Shown: positions 1-11,890 of the stretch, piece by piece | How the letters are laid out: every line of letters begins with the position of its first letter | Numbering within the stretch: the first letter of the stretch is position 1 | NCBI GenBank assembly: GCA_050633305.1 | Contig: JBOEGF010000018.1 | Location: 288,001 to 352,000 of the forward strand | DNA: 64,000 bases | Direction of reading: 5' to 3' | Source of the DNA: Nannocystales bacterium | GTDB taxonomy: Bacteria > Myxococcota_A > Polyangia > Nannocystales > Nannocystaceae | Notes under the pieces: model-generated | Databases searched by the model: none | Told to the model about the DNA's origin: nothing | The model's input: only the letters and a program-made list of their open reading frames with translations | Translations under genes and position numbers: made by a program

Positions 1-528
1 GAAGGCGTTTCCAGAGCCGGTGACCACGACGTAGGTCTGGGCGTGCGGCGTCAGAACGTGGGTCATGAAATTGTAGTCGTACCAATCGCGAAACGCGTAG
101 TCGGGGTCTTCGTTGTCGTCGTCGCCATCGGGCTCGTCCACGACGAAACCAGTGTCCGGGATTCCGGCCACATCGTCGAAGGCCTCAGAGACCAGCGCGA
201 CCTCGGAGCCCGCGGCCCCCGAGACGCCGCCGTTGGTCGCGATGTGAAATCGCCGGAAGGCGAGATCCCATTGTGCGTCCTCGGCGGGATCGTCCACCTC
301 GACCTCGGCACCGGTTTCGAGGTCGAAGTACACCCAGAGAACCTCGTCGGTGGCGTCGACCGTGCTGAGCTGACCGCCGCCGTCCCGAGGTTCGTTGATC
401 GTGTGCGGTCCGACCCTCCCCTGAGCCGGAGGTTCCACGGCGTCGCCGCCGAGCTCATCATCGAGGTCGCCGGCGCAGGCGAGGGGGCACAGGAGGGCGG
501 CGAGGAGTAGACGCGGAGGGAGAGACAT
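1..528 (-). CDS. hmuY: HmuY-family haem-binding lipoprotein (3' end runs off the window)
   Basis: Absent from the ORF track, translated by hand from ATG at 528 with upstream AAGGA: MSLPPRLLLAALLCPLAC (lipobox)...STVDATDEVLWVYFDL...WDLAFRRFHIATNGGVSG...WYDYNFMTHVLTP..TYVV. These are HmuY-type motifs. Lies directly downstream of a TonB-dependent receptor. Confidence 0.85.
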   Translation of the reverse strand, partial: MSLPPRLLLAALLCPLACAGDLDDELGGDAVEPPAQGRVGPHTINEPRDGGGQLSTVDATDEVLWVYFDLETGAEVEVDDPAEDAQWDLAFRRFHIATNGGVSGAAGSEVALVSEAFDDVAGIPDTGFVVDEPDGDDDNEDPDYAFRDWYDYNFMTHVLTPHAQTYVVVTGSGNAF

Positions 529-542
529 GAGGTTTCCTTGGG

Positions 543-2713
<2,171 letters not shown>

Positions 2714-2717
<4 letters not shown>

Positions 2718-4261
2718 CCTCGCCTCCGAAACAAGGCGAGGGCGACCAGTCCTGACCACAGCCCGAACGGGGCCGAGGGCGGCGTCTCGCTGCGGCAGCT
2801 ACAGCCTCCGGTGTCGTCTTGGACGGAGGGAGCGTCGTCGGTGTCGGTTGAGGTCTGCGAGTCAGTCGTCGTTCCGGAGGAGACACCACCACCTTCCGAT
2901 GTCGTGCCGCCGTCGGAGGGGTCGGCGCCTGTCTCGTCCTCTCCGCCCGAGCTGGTGCCGTCGGTCTCTGTGTCTTCGGGTACGTCAGGGCATGCGCTGT
3001 CGTCCGGATCGCTGCCGATACAGAGGTTCGCCCGCGCCGGGCCATCCGCGATGATCGACAGCGCGCCGACGACCCAGTAGCCACCTGCGGGAAGGTCCTC
3101 GAAGATTCGCTGCGCCTGGGGTTCGGGGCTTGTCCAGGTTGCGATGGCGTCGCCGACCGCACCGTCCATCGCAAAGTCCCCGACCGGGTGCAGCGAGAAG
3201 GCGACGTCGGGCAGCCCATCGTCGGCGACAAACCAGGCATCTCCGCCGGGGTGGTGCAGGTTGAAGTAGCTCGCGGCCAAGGGGTAGAAGCGGGCATCAA
3301 GCGCGAGAACTTCTGCGGTGGCGTCCGCATCGATCCCCTCGAGCGCGCCCGCGTAGGGGTGACTCTGTGCCACGCCGGCGCGGCGGCCTGTCGCGAGGTT
3401 GTAGCGTGCGAAGGTTGCCCATGCGGTCTCGAGGTCGTCACCTCGTGCGGCCAGGAGCGATTCGAAGCGCAGCTGTGGTGCGTCGGCATCCTCATCGAGC
3501 GCCTCCAGGAAGTCGACGATGAGACCTGTGTCGTGTCGCGACGAGAGGAAGTCAAACCACAGCGCAGTGCCGTAGGCGAAGGAGGGGACCGGGCCGCCGG
3601 GGGGTTGGTAGACGGGTCGCCCGGGGTCTGCGAGGAGTCCGTTGCACAGCCGAACAAAGTCCGCGGACTCCGGGTCGAACTGACGCTCCGCCCAGGTGGC
3701 GGTCCCCTCCGAGACCCAGTCGGGCAGGAAGTTGTAGGCCGCCTGTACGCCGTGAAAACTCTCGTGCGAGGTCACGGTTGTGATGCCCTCTTCGAGCGTC
3801 GCGTACCCGTACCCCAAGAAGTCGTTCTCGACCACGTAGAACCCCGCACAGCCCGCGTTTCCGCAACCGTCCACCCCGAATCGGCCATCGGCCGCGCCTC
3901 CGAAGTCGATCAGGTAGACGTCGTAGGCTGGGCTCCCGCCGAGCTCCTCCTCGATGGCGCTCTCTGGGACGGGCGGACGAAAACCGAGCGATACGAAGAG
4001 CTCGATCGACTCCGCCGTGCGCTCCGCCACATCCTGCGCGAAGTCGGGGACGCCGTCCTCGTCGAGGTCCTCCAATCGCGTGGCGTTGGGCCCCGATGTG
4101 CTGAAGTGAACACGAACCGTGGACGTGGCCTCTTCCCACGATTCGACCGTGTCGGCGGCATCAAACGACCACAGACCGCCCTGGGTTGGGCGGTCCTCGG
4201 CGAAGGCCGGTCGCGACAGCAGCAGCGCTCCAGTCGCGACGATGGTAGCGGTGCTCCTCAT
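2714..4261 (-). CDS. Secreted zinc metalloprotease-like protein (MXAN_6640-like) with MYXO-CTERM anchor
   Basis: Signal peptide MRSTATIVATGALLLSRPAFA, HESFH zincin motif followed by WVSEGTA, DxDxDG loop, C-terminal GGCSC...hydrophobic...RRR. Start at 4261 overlaps the upstream stop (TGATG). Confidence 0.85.
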
Positions 4262-5214
4262 CAGTCGAGGAAGGACCAGCGCCACGTGAAGTTGGCGCTT
4301 CCAGAGCCCATGGCCCCGGTCTCGTTGCAGCCGGTCTGACCGCTCTCGTAGTACGAATCGACCATGAACTTCACGTGCCGACCGTCGTCGAGTTCGATCG
4401 CGAACGGGACGTAGGTCACCCCGACACACCCCGGATAGAACCACCACGGCGTGAGGGCGTAGTTCGCCCCTCCCGCGCCAGAGCCATCGTCGATGATGGA
4501 GCAGCTGTTGTCGTAGAAGGCTTCGCTACGGAATGTGGCGTCGTCGGGCACCGTTTCAACATCCGCGTAGTCTCCTTCGAGCGTCGCGACGGAGACACAA
4601 CCAGGTCCGCTGGAGCCGCTGTTGAGACGGAGTCCGAAGCGCTTCGCTGCGATGTGCCAATCCGCCGAAGTCAGGGCCTCGAGGTCGTCCAGCTCCACCT
4701 TTTCGAGCCCGTCGTCGGTGAATCGCAGGTAGGTCCAGGGGTTGCTCGGCGCGTCGACGATCCCACCCGCTGTGGCATCAACAGTGGTGATCCATCCGCC
4801 GCCATCGGCCGTGTTCCCGACCGCGCCGGCGCTGACGGTTCCGCTGACGAGGCCAAGGTCGAGAATCATCTCGTCTTCGCAGGGCACGCCGCCTTCGCAG
4901 TCGGTGGCGCCCGTGGTCTCGGTGTCTGACGGATCGGAGGTCGGGTCGGTTGTCTCGCCGTCGCTGTCCGAGGCGGAACCGGTGGTGCTGGTTTCACCGC
5001 CGCTTGGGTCCGTCGTGGGATCGGTGGTGGGTCCGGACGAGGGGTTGCCCGTGGGGTCCGTCGTGGGTGCCGTGCCCTCGGTCCCGGAGGTGTCTGCATC
5101 CGTCGTCCCACCACTGGACTCGCCGCCCTCCTGTGGAGTGCTGTCGTCGTCGCATCCGGTCAGCGGGATGAGCAGGGAGAAGGAAAGAAGGACGGAGAAT
5201 CTTGAACTCTTCAT
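4261..5214 (-). CDS. hmuY: HmuY-family lipoprotein (second, divergent paralogue)
   Basis: Lipobox LTGC, acidic linker, TTVDATAGG..PWTY, DWHIAAKRFGLRLNSG, VKFMVDSYY..G..SANFTWRW. Start ATG 5214 overlaps the upstream stop (ATGA). Confidence 0.75.
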   Translation of the reverse strand: MKSSRFSVLLSFSLLIPLTGCDDDSTPQEGGESSGGTTDADTSGTEGTAPTTDPTGNPSSGPTTDPTTDPSGGETSTTGSASDSDGETTDPTSDPSDTETTGATDCEGGVPCEDEMILDLGLVSGTVSAGAVGNTADGGGWITTVDATAGGIVDAPSNPWTYLRFTDDGLEKVELDDLEALTSADWHIAAKRFGLRLNSGSSGPGCVSVATLEGDYADVETVPDDATFRSEAFYDNSCSIIDDGSGAGGANYALTPWWFYPGCVGVTYVPFAIELDDGRHVKFMVDSYYESGQTGCNETGAMGSGSANFTWRWSFLD

Positions 5215-5480
5215 GGGGATGGGGTCGCGGGGTCGGGTTGAGCAGTCGTCGCGACATCGCGGTCGGGGCTGCAGCTGGCGCCGTGTTCCCCAGCGCAGTG
5301 GAACTGCGTGCCTCGGCAGCGTGCTGACCAGCTCGTCTCGCTCCAGCCGACCGAGACTTCGTCGATCTGGATCTCGTTGGGTGCGCATCCGATGGCTGGC
5401 GAGGAGGCACGGGCTAGGTCGGCGGCACACCCGCAGGCGAACAGCGCCAGTGCAGCAGCAGTCAAGCGAGCGAGTCGCAT
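5211..5480 (-). CDS. Small Cys-rich lipoprotein, first gene of the haem operon
   Basis: 89 aa, signal peptide with FACGC lipobox, four further Cys. Its stop overlaps the next start codon, and it lies right after the Fur-like box. Confidence 0.7.
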   Translation of the reverse strand: MRLARLTAAALALFACGCAADLARASSPAIGCAPNEIQIDEVSVGWSETSWSARCRGTQFHCAGEHGASCSPDRDVATTAQPDPATPSP

Positions 5481-5485
5481 GGCCT

Positions 5486-5505
5486 GTTAATGAAATTGAT
5501 TTTCA
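5486..5505. promoter_or_regulatory. Fur-box-like operator between divergent genes
   Basis: GTTAATGAAATTGATTTTCA: 14/19 match to the GATAATGATAATCATTATC consensus, 7-1-7 near-palindrome TGAAATT-G-ATTTTCA, AT-rich island in GC-rich DNA. Confidence 0.8.
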
Positions 5506-5596
5506 GTTAAGTCAACATGTGGTTCGGGCGATGGTGAGGCCTCGAATGTGAGTTCCAATTGTTGATTTCGACATTCAAGTGCGTTTGGTTGAAAGG

Positions 5597-7612
5597 ATGG
5601 GCATTCGCTCTCTCCTGCTCCTCTCTGGGCTCTCGCTCGCCTGCTCCACCTCCACGCCAGACCGGTCGAGCGTGCCGCCGACCGCTGTGGAGGCGCCGCC
5701 CGAGGCACTCGCGGCCGAACTCCTGCCCACCACGATCGAGGCCAACGTTCCGGTGCTGCCGCAGGGACTCACGTCGTTCGGAAGCGTGGAACACGAGGGG
5801 ATCCTCTACGTGCTCGGCGGGTACTCGGGCATGCCGCACGCTTACTCGGCGAAGGATCAACACGGCGACCTCTTGGCGTACGACGGGTCGGCCGACCCGG
5901 GTCGGCAGTGGTCGGTGGTGGGGAAGGTCCCGCCGGTTCAAGGCGCGGCGTTGGTCTCTCATCCCAGGGGCCTCGTCCGGGTGGGCGGCATGCGAGCGAT
6001 GAACCCCACGATGGCCACGAAGAGCGAGCTTGTGTCGGTGGACGTCGTTCAACGATTCGATGTTGCGCAAGGAACGTGGTCCAACCTTCCCGCGCTGCCC
6101 GAAGGACGCAGCTCCCACGACGCTGTGGTCCTGGGCGACACGCTCTACGTCGTCGGAGGCTGGCAACTCGACCACGAAGCGAAGGACGGTGCATGGCCTG
6201 CAGAGATGTTCTCCCTAGACCTGTCCAAGGATGATGCTCAGTGGTCTCGGTCTCCGACGCCGTTCGCTCGCCGGGCGCTCGCGGTTGCCGCGGCTGGCGG
6301 GAAACTCTACGTCCTGGGCGGGATGGGATCCGACCGCGAAATCTCGCAGCACGTTGAGGTGTATGATCCCGCGACGGGGTCCTGGACCAGGGCGGCCGAC
6401 TTCCCCGGGCAGGGGTTTGGGATGGCGGCCGTCGGCTCCGGCGGCGCGGTGTTCGCGAGTGGTTCTGATGGGGTCGTCCATCGGCTCGACGCCGAGAAAG
6501 GAACGTGGAGCGCGGCCTCGACGATGGCGCTTCCACGCTTCTTCCACCGCCTGATCGCGTCCGCAGATGGCACCGTGTGGGCGCTGGGGGGGATTCGCCC
6601 CTCGGCTTCGGGGACGCGTGTGCGACTCGGAGAGCCGGTTGCGGGAGAGCGAGTGTCGCAGGCGATCTCGTTGCGGCTTCCGTCCCCGATGCCCAGCAAG
6701 AACCGCCAAGGTGCGGCCGTGCTTGGAGATGGTGTGTACTTCTTCGGCGGGAACAACAGTCTCGGCCAGCACGACTTTGCGCCTCAGAACTTCACTGCCG
6801 ACGCGTTTCGGTTCGACCTTGCGACGCTGAAGTGGACGGAGATCGCTGACTACCCGCAAGCGCGTCAAACCATGTCGGTCGCGACACACATGGGGGAGAT
6901 CTATGCGTTCGGAGGTTTCGGGCATGACGGTGAAGTCGCGCGGAGCCATCCCGAAGTGTTCGTCTACTCCCCGGAGGACGATCGCTGGGCACCCGCTGAC
7001 GGGTCGTTGCCTGGGCCTGGGGGACGGACTCAGTTTGGCTTGGCCAACGCGGAAGGGAAGTGGTGGGTCTTCGGCGGTCTCGACTACGATCCAAGCCGCG
7101 CCAAGGGAGATCAGTTTCGGCACGAACAGCCGATTCTGTCCGCGCCCGTTGCACTCGCCGACGGGTTTTCGCCCAGCGGCGCGTCGCTTACGGCGCCCCG
7201 GCGCGCCTTCGCGGGTGCCAAGTTTGGGGAGCAGTACGTTGTCGTCGGCGGCATGAAGGATGGGTTCGCGCTGGTCGATACGTGCGAGGCGTTTGAGTTC
7301 GCGAAGGCAACGTGGAGCGCATTTCCGTGCCCCTCGACGCAGCGTCTGTCCGGGCATCTGATCGGGGTAGGCGATCGGCTCGCGCTGATCGCGGGTTCGT
7401 CGAAGGGCGCCGATGGAAAGTTGGTTCCGGATGCGACCATCGAGGTGTTCGAGCCGTCGACCGGGTCGTGGCGGACGGCGGGCGCGGAACTGACGCTGCC
7501 CCCGAAACACCTGCACGCGTTCGCTTGGAACGAGGCTGCTCTGTTGGTGAGCGCGCACAACGACGCGGGGATGCTCGATGTCGTCGTTCTCCGCGCTGAA
7601 GCAATTCAGTGA
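5597..7612 (+). CDS. Kelch-repeat lipoprotein, probably two beta-propellers
   Basis: Lipobox SLAC and repeated LYVLGG / YVVGG / YFFGG / YAFGG...YDP...W Kelch motifs along the whole protein. Confidence 0.88.
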   Translation: MGIRSLLLLSGLSLACSTSTPDRSSVPPTAVEAPPEALAAELLPTTIEANVPVLPQGLTSFGSVEHEGILYVLGGYSGMPHAYSAKDQHGDLLAYDGSADPGRQWSVVGKVPPVQGAALVSHPRGLVRVGGMRAMNPTMATKSELVSVDVVQRFDVAQGTWSNLPALPEGRSSHDAVVLGDTLYVVGGWQLDHEAKDGAWPAEMFSLDLSKDDAQWSRSPTPFARRALAVAAAGGKLYVLGGMGSDREISQHVEVYDPATGSWTRAADFPGQGFGMAAVGSGGAVFASGSDGVVHRLDAEKGTWSAASTMALPRFFHRLIASADGTVWALGGIRPSASGTRVRLGEPVAGERVSQAISLRLPSPMPSKNRQGAAVLGDGVYFFGGNNSLGQHDFAPQNFTADAFRFDLATLKWTEIADYPQARQTMSVATHMGEIYAFGGFGHDGEVARSHPEVFVYSPEDDRWAPADGSLPGPGGRTQFGLANAEGKWWVFGGLDYDPSRAKGDQFRHEQPILSAPVALADGFSPSGASLTAPRRAFAGAKFGEQYVVVGGMKDGFALVDTCEAFEFAKATWSAFPCPSTQRLSGHLIGVGDRLALIAGSSKGADGKLVPDATIEVFEPSTGSWRTAGAELTLPPKHLHAFAWNEAALLVSAHNDAGMLDVVVLRAEAIQ

Positions 7613-7677
7613 AAGGAGCGTTCAAAATGGGGCGTGAGCGCCCCATGAGTGCCAGCGTTGGCTCACGAATTCCTTTT

Positions 7678-7697
7678 GGTAATGATATTGATTTTCA
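7678..7697. promoter_or_regulatory. Fur-box-like operator upstream of the imelysin operon
   Basis: GGTAATGATATTGATTTTCA: 15/19 match to the Fur consensus and 18/20 identical to the site at 5486. Confidence 0.85.
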
Positions 7698-7722
7698 AAA
7701 CTGAAGCGGGCATACAGCCGGT

Positions 7723-9264
7723 ATGTCTATCGCTTCCCGATGGTCTTCCGGCTTGCTGCTGTCCCTCTCGATCGGCCTGAGCGGCTGTGGCTCGGACGAC
7801 GCGGCCGCCGACACGGAGAACGCCTCTGGCACGGAGGACGCCTCTGGCACGGAGACAAGCTCCGACACGGACGCTGACTCCGACACGGAGACGGACTCCG
7901 GTGAGGCGGTCGTGCACGACCTCGACTTGATGCGTCAGGTCCTCGAAACCAACGCGGACATTGCGTTTGCTGCCTACTCCGACTCTGTCGCGACCGCCGT
8001 TCTACTTCAGACCGCGATCGATACCCTCGTCGCCGACCCCACCGACGCCAACCTCGAAGCGGCGCGCGACGCTTGGCTCGTTGCGCGGGAGCCCTACGGC
8101 CAGACAGAGGTCTACCGTTTCCGCGCGAGTCCCATCGACGACTCCAACTACGACGCGGGGGACGGCGAAGACGGCCCCGAAGGTGACATCAACGCATGGC
8201 CGTTGGGCGAAGGTCTCATCGACTACGTCGTGACCGGGACGGACTTTGGTGACGACCAGGTTGGTGTCACCGACCACGCGACGGGCGTCAACGACCCGAT
8301 CCCCGACAACAACATCATCAACTCGCCGAACATCGTCATCGATGCTGCGTTGCTGGCCAACACCGCGACGGCAGACGACGAGCACGATGTCATCGCTGGA
8401 TACCACGCGATCGAGTTCCTGCTTTGGGGTCAAGATCTCAACTCCGACGGCAGCGCCGACACCGTCGACAGTCGAGACTCGAGCGCCGGGCAACGGCCGG
8501 TCACCGACTTCGCTTCGGACGAGACCTGCACCAGCGGCGAGACAGTCAACGCGGATCCTGACCCCTGCAACCGCCGTGGCCTGTACCTACAGGTCGCCGT
8601 GGCCAAGCTCATCGCCGATCTCGAAGGGGTTCGCGATGGCTGGGCGACCGGCGCGGACTACCGAGTCGCGTTCACGACCGTCGACGACGAGGACGCGGCC
8701 AAGGGCAAGCTACTGGAGATCCTGGTGGGCATGGGTACGCTTTCCGAAGGCGAACTCGCGGGGGAGCGCATGCAGATCTCGCTTTCTGCGAACTCTCAGG
8801 AGGACGAACACTCGTGCTTCTCGGACAACACCCACCGCGACATCTGGCTCAACGCTGAGGGAGTCTCCAACGCCTACCGGGGCGAGTACGCTGGGTACGA
8901 CAGCACGCTCGACGGAAGCGACGATCAGACCGGAAGTGCCGTCGACGGTTACGGAATCGACGACTACCTCACCGATCTCGGCCTCACCGAGGTCGAGGCT
9001 GACGCGTCCGCCGCTCTGGCCACGACCGAGTCCAACTATGGCGCGATCGACTCGTCGGCACGCGGTGGTACGCCGGTCGACCAGATGATCTTGGACGCGA
9101 CCGCTGATGCGGCGCAGCCCATGCGGGACACCATCGTCTCGCTCAACGCCCAGTCGGCTCAGGTCGCAAATATCGCGGTTGCCCTCGAGGTCGGCAGCCC
9201 TGACGATGTCGTCGACCCCGATGCCTCGGAATGCGACACGACGGACCCGACCGTCGAATGCTGA
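7723..9264 (+). CDS. Imelysin-family (peptidase M75, IrpA-like) iron-regulated lipoprotein
   Basis: Lipobox LSGC, AARDAWL.AR.PY.QTE, INAWPL, GYHAIEFLLWGQD (HxxE), ELAGERM, SQEDEHSCFSDNTH. Confidence 0.92.
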   Translation: MSIASRWSSGLLLSLSIGLSGCGSDDAAADTENASGTEDASGTETSSDTDADSDTETDSGEAVVHDLDLMRQVLETNADIAFAAYSDSVATAVLLQTAIDTLVADPTDANLEAARDAWLVAREPYGQTEVYRFRASPIDDSNYDAGDGEDGPEGDINAWPLGEGLIDYVVTGTDFGDDQVGVTDHATGVNDPIPDNNIINSPNIVIDAALLANTATADDEHDVIAGYHAIEFLLWGQDLNSDGSADTVDSRDSSAGQRPVTDFASDETCTSGETVNADPDPCNRRGLYLQVAVAKLIADLEGVRDGWATGADYRVAFTTVDDEDAAKGKLLEILVGMGTLSEGELAGERMQISLSANSQEDEHSCFSDNTHRDIWLNAEGVSNAYRGEYAGYDSTLDGSDDQTGSAVDGYGIDDYLTDLGLTEVEADASAALATTESNYGAIDSSARGGTPVDQMILDATADAAQPMRDTIVSLNAQSAQVANIAVALEVGSPDDVVDPDASECDTTDPTVEC

Positions 9265-9265
9265 G

Positions 9266-10753
9266 ATGAAGCGGAGCGTGTACCGGGCGACAGCCTCGCT
9301 CAGCACGGTGTGGCTGCTCGGCTGCTCGGCATCGGTGGAGACCGAACCAGAACAGGATGGCGCCCCCCTAGCATCGTCCACGGCCTCCGCTCGCGGGCTG
9401 CGTCCTGGAGGAGACACGACCGTCTCCTTGGGGCCCAGCCCGTCGTTCGTTTTGCCCGCTGCGAATCTCGATGGCGCTGGGAAGTCGGCCTTCTACGCGG
9501 GGAAGGCGTTGGCCACCCAACCGTGGGTGCGGGCTCCGACGCTGACCGATGCCCGTGACGGACTCGGCCCGCTGTATCACGCACGTTCTTGCCTCGCGTG
9601 CCACGTCAAGGGAGGGCGCGGCCCGGCGAGCGACGCGGACGGATCCTCCATTGCAACGCTGGTTCGGCTCAGTCGTCCGGGCCAGGGTCCGCACAACGAG
9701 CCCGTTCCAGACCCCGTCTATGGCACGCAGCTCCAGCCGCAGTCGACTTCGCTGAGCCATCAACTCCGCGGTCGGGCGGGGGCCGAGTCCTATGCAGATC
9801 AAGGCGTCGCGATCGAAGCCGATGTGCACATCAGCTGGGTTCGAGAATCGTTCGTATACCCGGACGGCAGCCGGATCGGGCTGCAGGCTCCGAAGCTCGG
9901 GTTCAGCCAGTGGGGCTACGGGCCTCTGGGCACCGACACTCGTGCTTCGCTGCGCCACACGCCCTCGTTGGCGGGTGTGGGCCTGCTCGACTTGATTGCC
10001 CAGGCCGACCTCGATCGGCTTGCCGATCCTGAAGACCGAGACGGTGACGGTATTTCGGGCCGCGGCAACCGGGTTTGGGACCCCGAAACCGAGACGATGC
10101 GTCCGGGTCGCTTTGGGCTCAAGGCAAACCAACCGAGTGTTCGAGTGCAGGTGGCGGGGGCACTGTCGGGTGACATGGGTCTGTCCAGCCCGGTGTTCCC
10201 CATGCAGCCTTGCACGTCGCTTCAGCCGAGGTGTCTCGCCGCGCCGACCGGAAACGACGCCGACGGATTCGAGGTCCCCGAGTCCATGCTGGCTTCGATG
10301 GTGTTTTTTACGATGTCGATCGGTGTTCCGCAGCGGCGCGCTGCAGAAGACCCGATGGTCCTCCGCGGACAAGCGTTGTTCGATGCCGCGGGTTGTGATG
10401 ACTGCCACACGCCGCGGCACGTCACCGCCGCCGACGAGCGCTACCCGCACCTGTCGGAGCAGGACATCTGGCCCTACTCGGACCTGTTACTCCACGACAT
10501 GGGTCCGCAGCTCGCCGATGGACGGGAGGACTTCCTCGCGACGGGCCAGGAGTGGCGGACGCCCCCGCTTTGGGGCGTCGGTCTCGCTCGAGCGATGCAT
10601 GCGCCGGTTGGGCTCCTCCACGACGGCCGCGCACGTACGATCGAGGAGGCCATCGTGTGGCATGATGGTGAGGCACGTGCGAGCCGAGCTCGTTTCGCAG
10701 AGCTGGCCGTAGAAGACCGCCGTGCTGTCGTCGCCTTTGTGAGATCTCTGTGA
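9266..10753 (+). CDS. Di-haem oxidoreductase (DHOR/DUF1111) lipoprotein
   Basis: CLACH and CDDCH haem motifs, DGLGPLY, DPEDRDGDGISGR, GRFGLKA, YSDLLLHDMG, WRTPPLWG, LLHDGRAR. Start corrected to ATG 9266. Confidence 0.93.
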   Translation: MKRSVYRATASLSTVWLLGCSASVETEPEQDGAPLASSTASARGLRPGGDTTVSLGPSPSFVLPAANLDGAGKSAFYAGKALATQPWVRAPTLTDARDGLGPLYHARSCLACHVKGGRGPASDADGSSIATLVRLSRPGQGPHNEPVPDPVYGTQLQPQSTSLSHQLRGRAGAESYADQGVAIEADVHISWVRESFVYPDGSRIGLQAPKLGFSQWGYGPLGTDTRASLRHTPSLAGVGLLDLIAQADLDRLADPEDRDGDGISGRGNRVWDPETETMRPGRFGLKANQPSVRVQVAGALSGDMGLSSPVFPMQPCTSLQPRCLAAPTGNDADGFEVPESMLASMVFFTMSIGVPQRRAAEDPMVLRGQALFDAAGCDDCHTPRHVTAADERYPHLSEQDIWPYSDLLLHDMGPQLADGREDFLATGQEWRTPPLWGVGLARAMHAPVGLLHDGRARTIEEAIVWHDGEARASRARFAELAVEDRRAVVAFVRSL

Positions 10754-11880
10754 CCCTTCGAGCCCCGTTCTTGCTGCCTCGACGCGAGCTCATGCTGGGC
10801 TCGTGTGCGGCTGCGGTCACGTCGATCGGGTGCGGCGAAGGTGGGCGGGGGACTGGTGAACTGTGGGCATCGGCGCAAGGCGCCGAGCCCGGCTCGTTCG
10901 AGTTGGTGATCGCGAGTGCCTCTGGGGTGCACGCGAGGTTCGCCAGTGAGGTTCGCGGGCATGGACTTGCCGCCGACCCCACCGATCCTGCGCGGGTTGT
11001 GATGTTCGGCCGACGACCTGAGTGCGTGGGCATCGCATGTCATGTGGACTCGGGGGAGGTGGCGGGCCGCATCGAGTGCGCGAACGGTCGCCACATGACC
11101 GGTCACGGGTGTTTCAGTCAGGATGGTTCGCGGCTGTTTGTCGTGGAAGCCGACAACACCACGGGGGAAGGGACCATCGCCGTACTCGATGGCGACACCT
11201 TCGGACGACTCGGCGAGTTCAGCAGCCACGGTGTCGGCCCGCATGAGGTCGCGCTCATGCCAGGGGGCAACGTCCTCGCGGTGGCCAACGGCGGCTTGAT
11301 CACCGAGCCCACAGGGCGCGAGCCCATCAATCTCGCCACGATGCGCTCGTCCCTGGTCTTCGTCGACGTCGACAGCGGTGAGCTACGCAGCGAGCATACC
11401 GTCGCCGAGTCCAAAGCCAGCCTTCGGCACTTGGCCGTCGCGCGGGATGGTGTCGTGACGGTTGTGATGCAGATTCAGCGGGAGGCGCTGGCCGATACCC
11501 AGCCTCGAGCGCTGGTCGCGGTTCACCGGCCCGGAGGTGAGCTCGAATCCCTCGAAGATGGGCTCGAACTCGGGACCGCCATGGACGACTACGCGGGCGC
11601 TGTTGCGGTCGACGACGTCTCGCGCGTGGCCGCGGTTACGAGCCCGCGTGGCAACCTGGTGGCGTTTTGGCATCTCGACACCGGTGCATCTCTCGGGGTT
11701 CAGCGCTTTGATGACGTGAGCGGTGTCGCGCTCTCGGCGGACGGCACTCGATTCGTTCTCAGCGGGTCAGGCGGCCAGCTTCGCCAGACCGACATCGCCA
11801 CGCTGCAAGAAGAACCGGACGCTCGCGCACGGCTCGACGATGTCCGCTGGGACAACCACCTCCTCACGCTCGCTACCTAG
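10750..11880 (+). CDS. DUF1513-family protein, probably Tat-exported beta-propeller
   Basis: RRELM twin-arginine-like signal, RGHG, GHGCFSQDG, GVGPHE, VANGG, SLRHL, SPRG, C-terminal WDNH. Usual neighbour of imelysin and DHOR genes. Confidence 0.85.
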   Translation: MTLRAPFLLPRRELMLGSCAAAVTSIGCGEGGRGTGELWASAQGAEPGSFELVIASASGVHARFASEVRGHGLAADPTDPARVVMFGRRPECVGIACHVDSGEVAGRIECANGRHMTGHGCFSQDGSRLFVVEADNTTGEGTIAVLDGDTFGRLGEFSSHGVGPHEVALMPGGNVLAVANGGLITEPTGREPINLATMRSSLVFVDVDSGELRSEHTVAESKASLRHLAVARDGVVTVVMQIQREALADTQPRALVAVHRPGGELESLEDGLELGTAMDDYAGAVAVDDVSRVAAVTSPRGNLVAFWHLDTGASLGVQRFDDVSGVALSADGTRFVLSGSGGQLRQTDIATLQEEPDARARLDDVRWDNHLLTLAT

Positions 11881-11890
11881 GTCCTTGGTC

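Noticed and set aside
5551..5578. Possible third Fur box (TGATTTCGACATTCA) just upstream of the Kelch gene
   Set aside because: Only the outer TGA/TCA match well, so it is too degenerate to call. It may be promoter sequence.
7812..7853. 18-bp tandem repeat in the imelysin gene
   Set aside because: About two copies encoding a low-complexity TE(N/D)ASG linker, which is ordinary for these lipoproteins.
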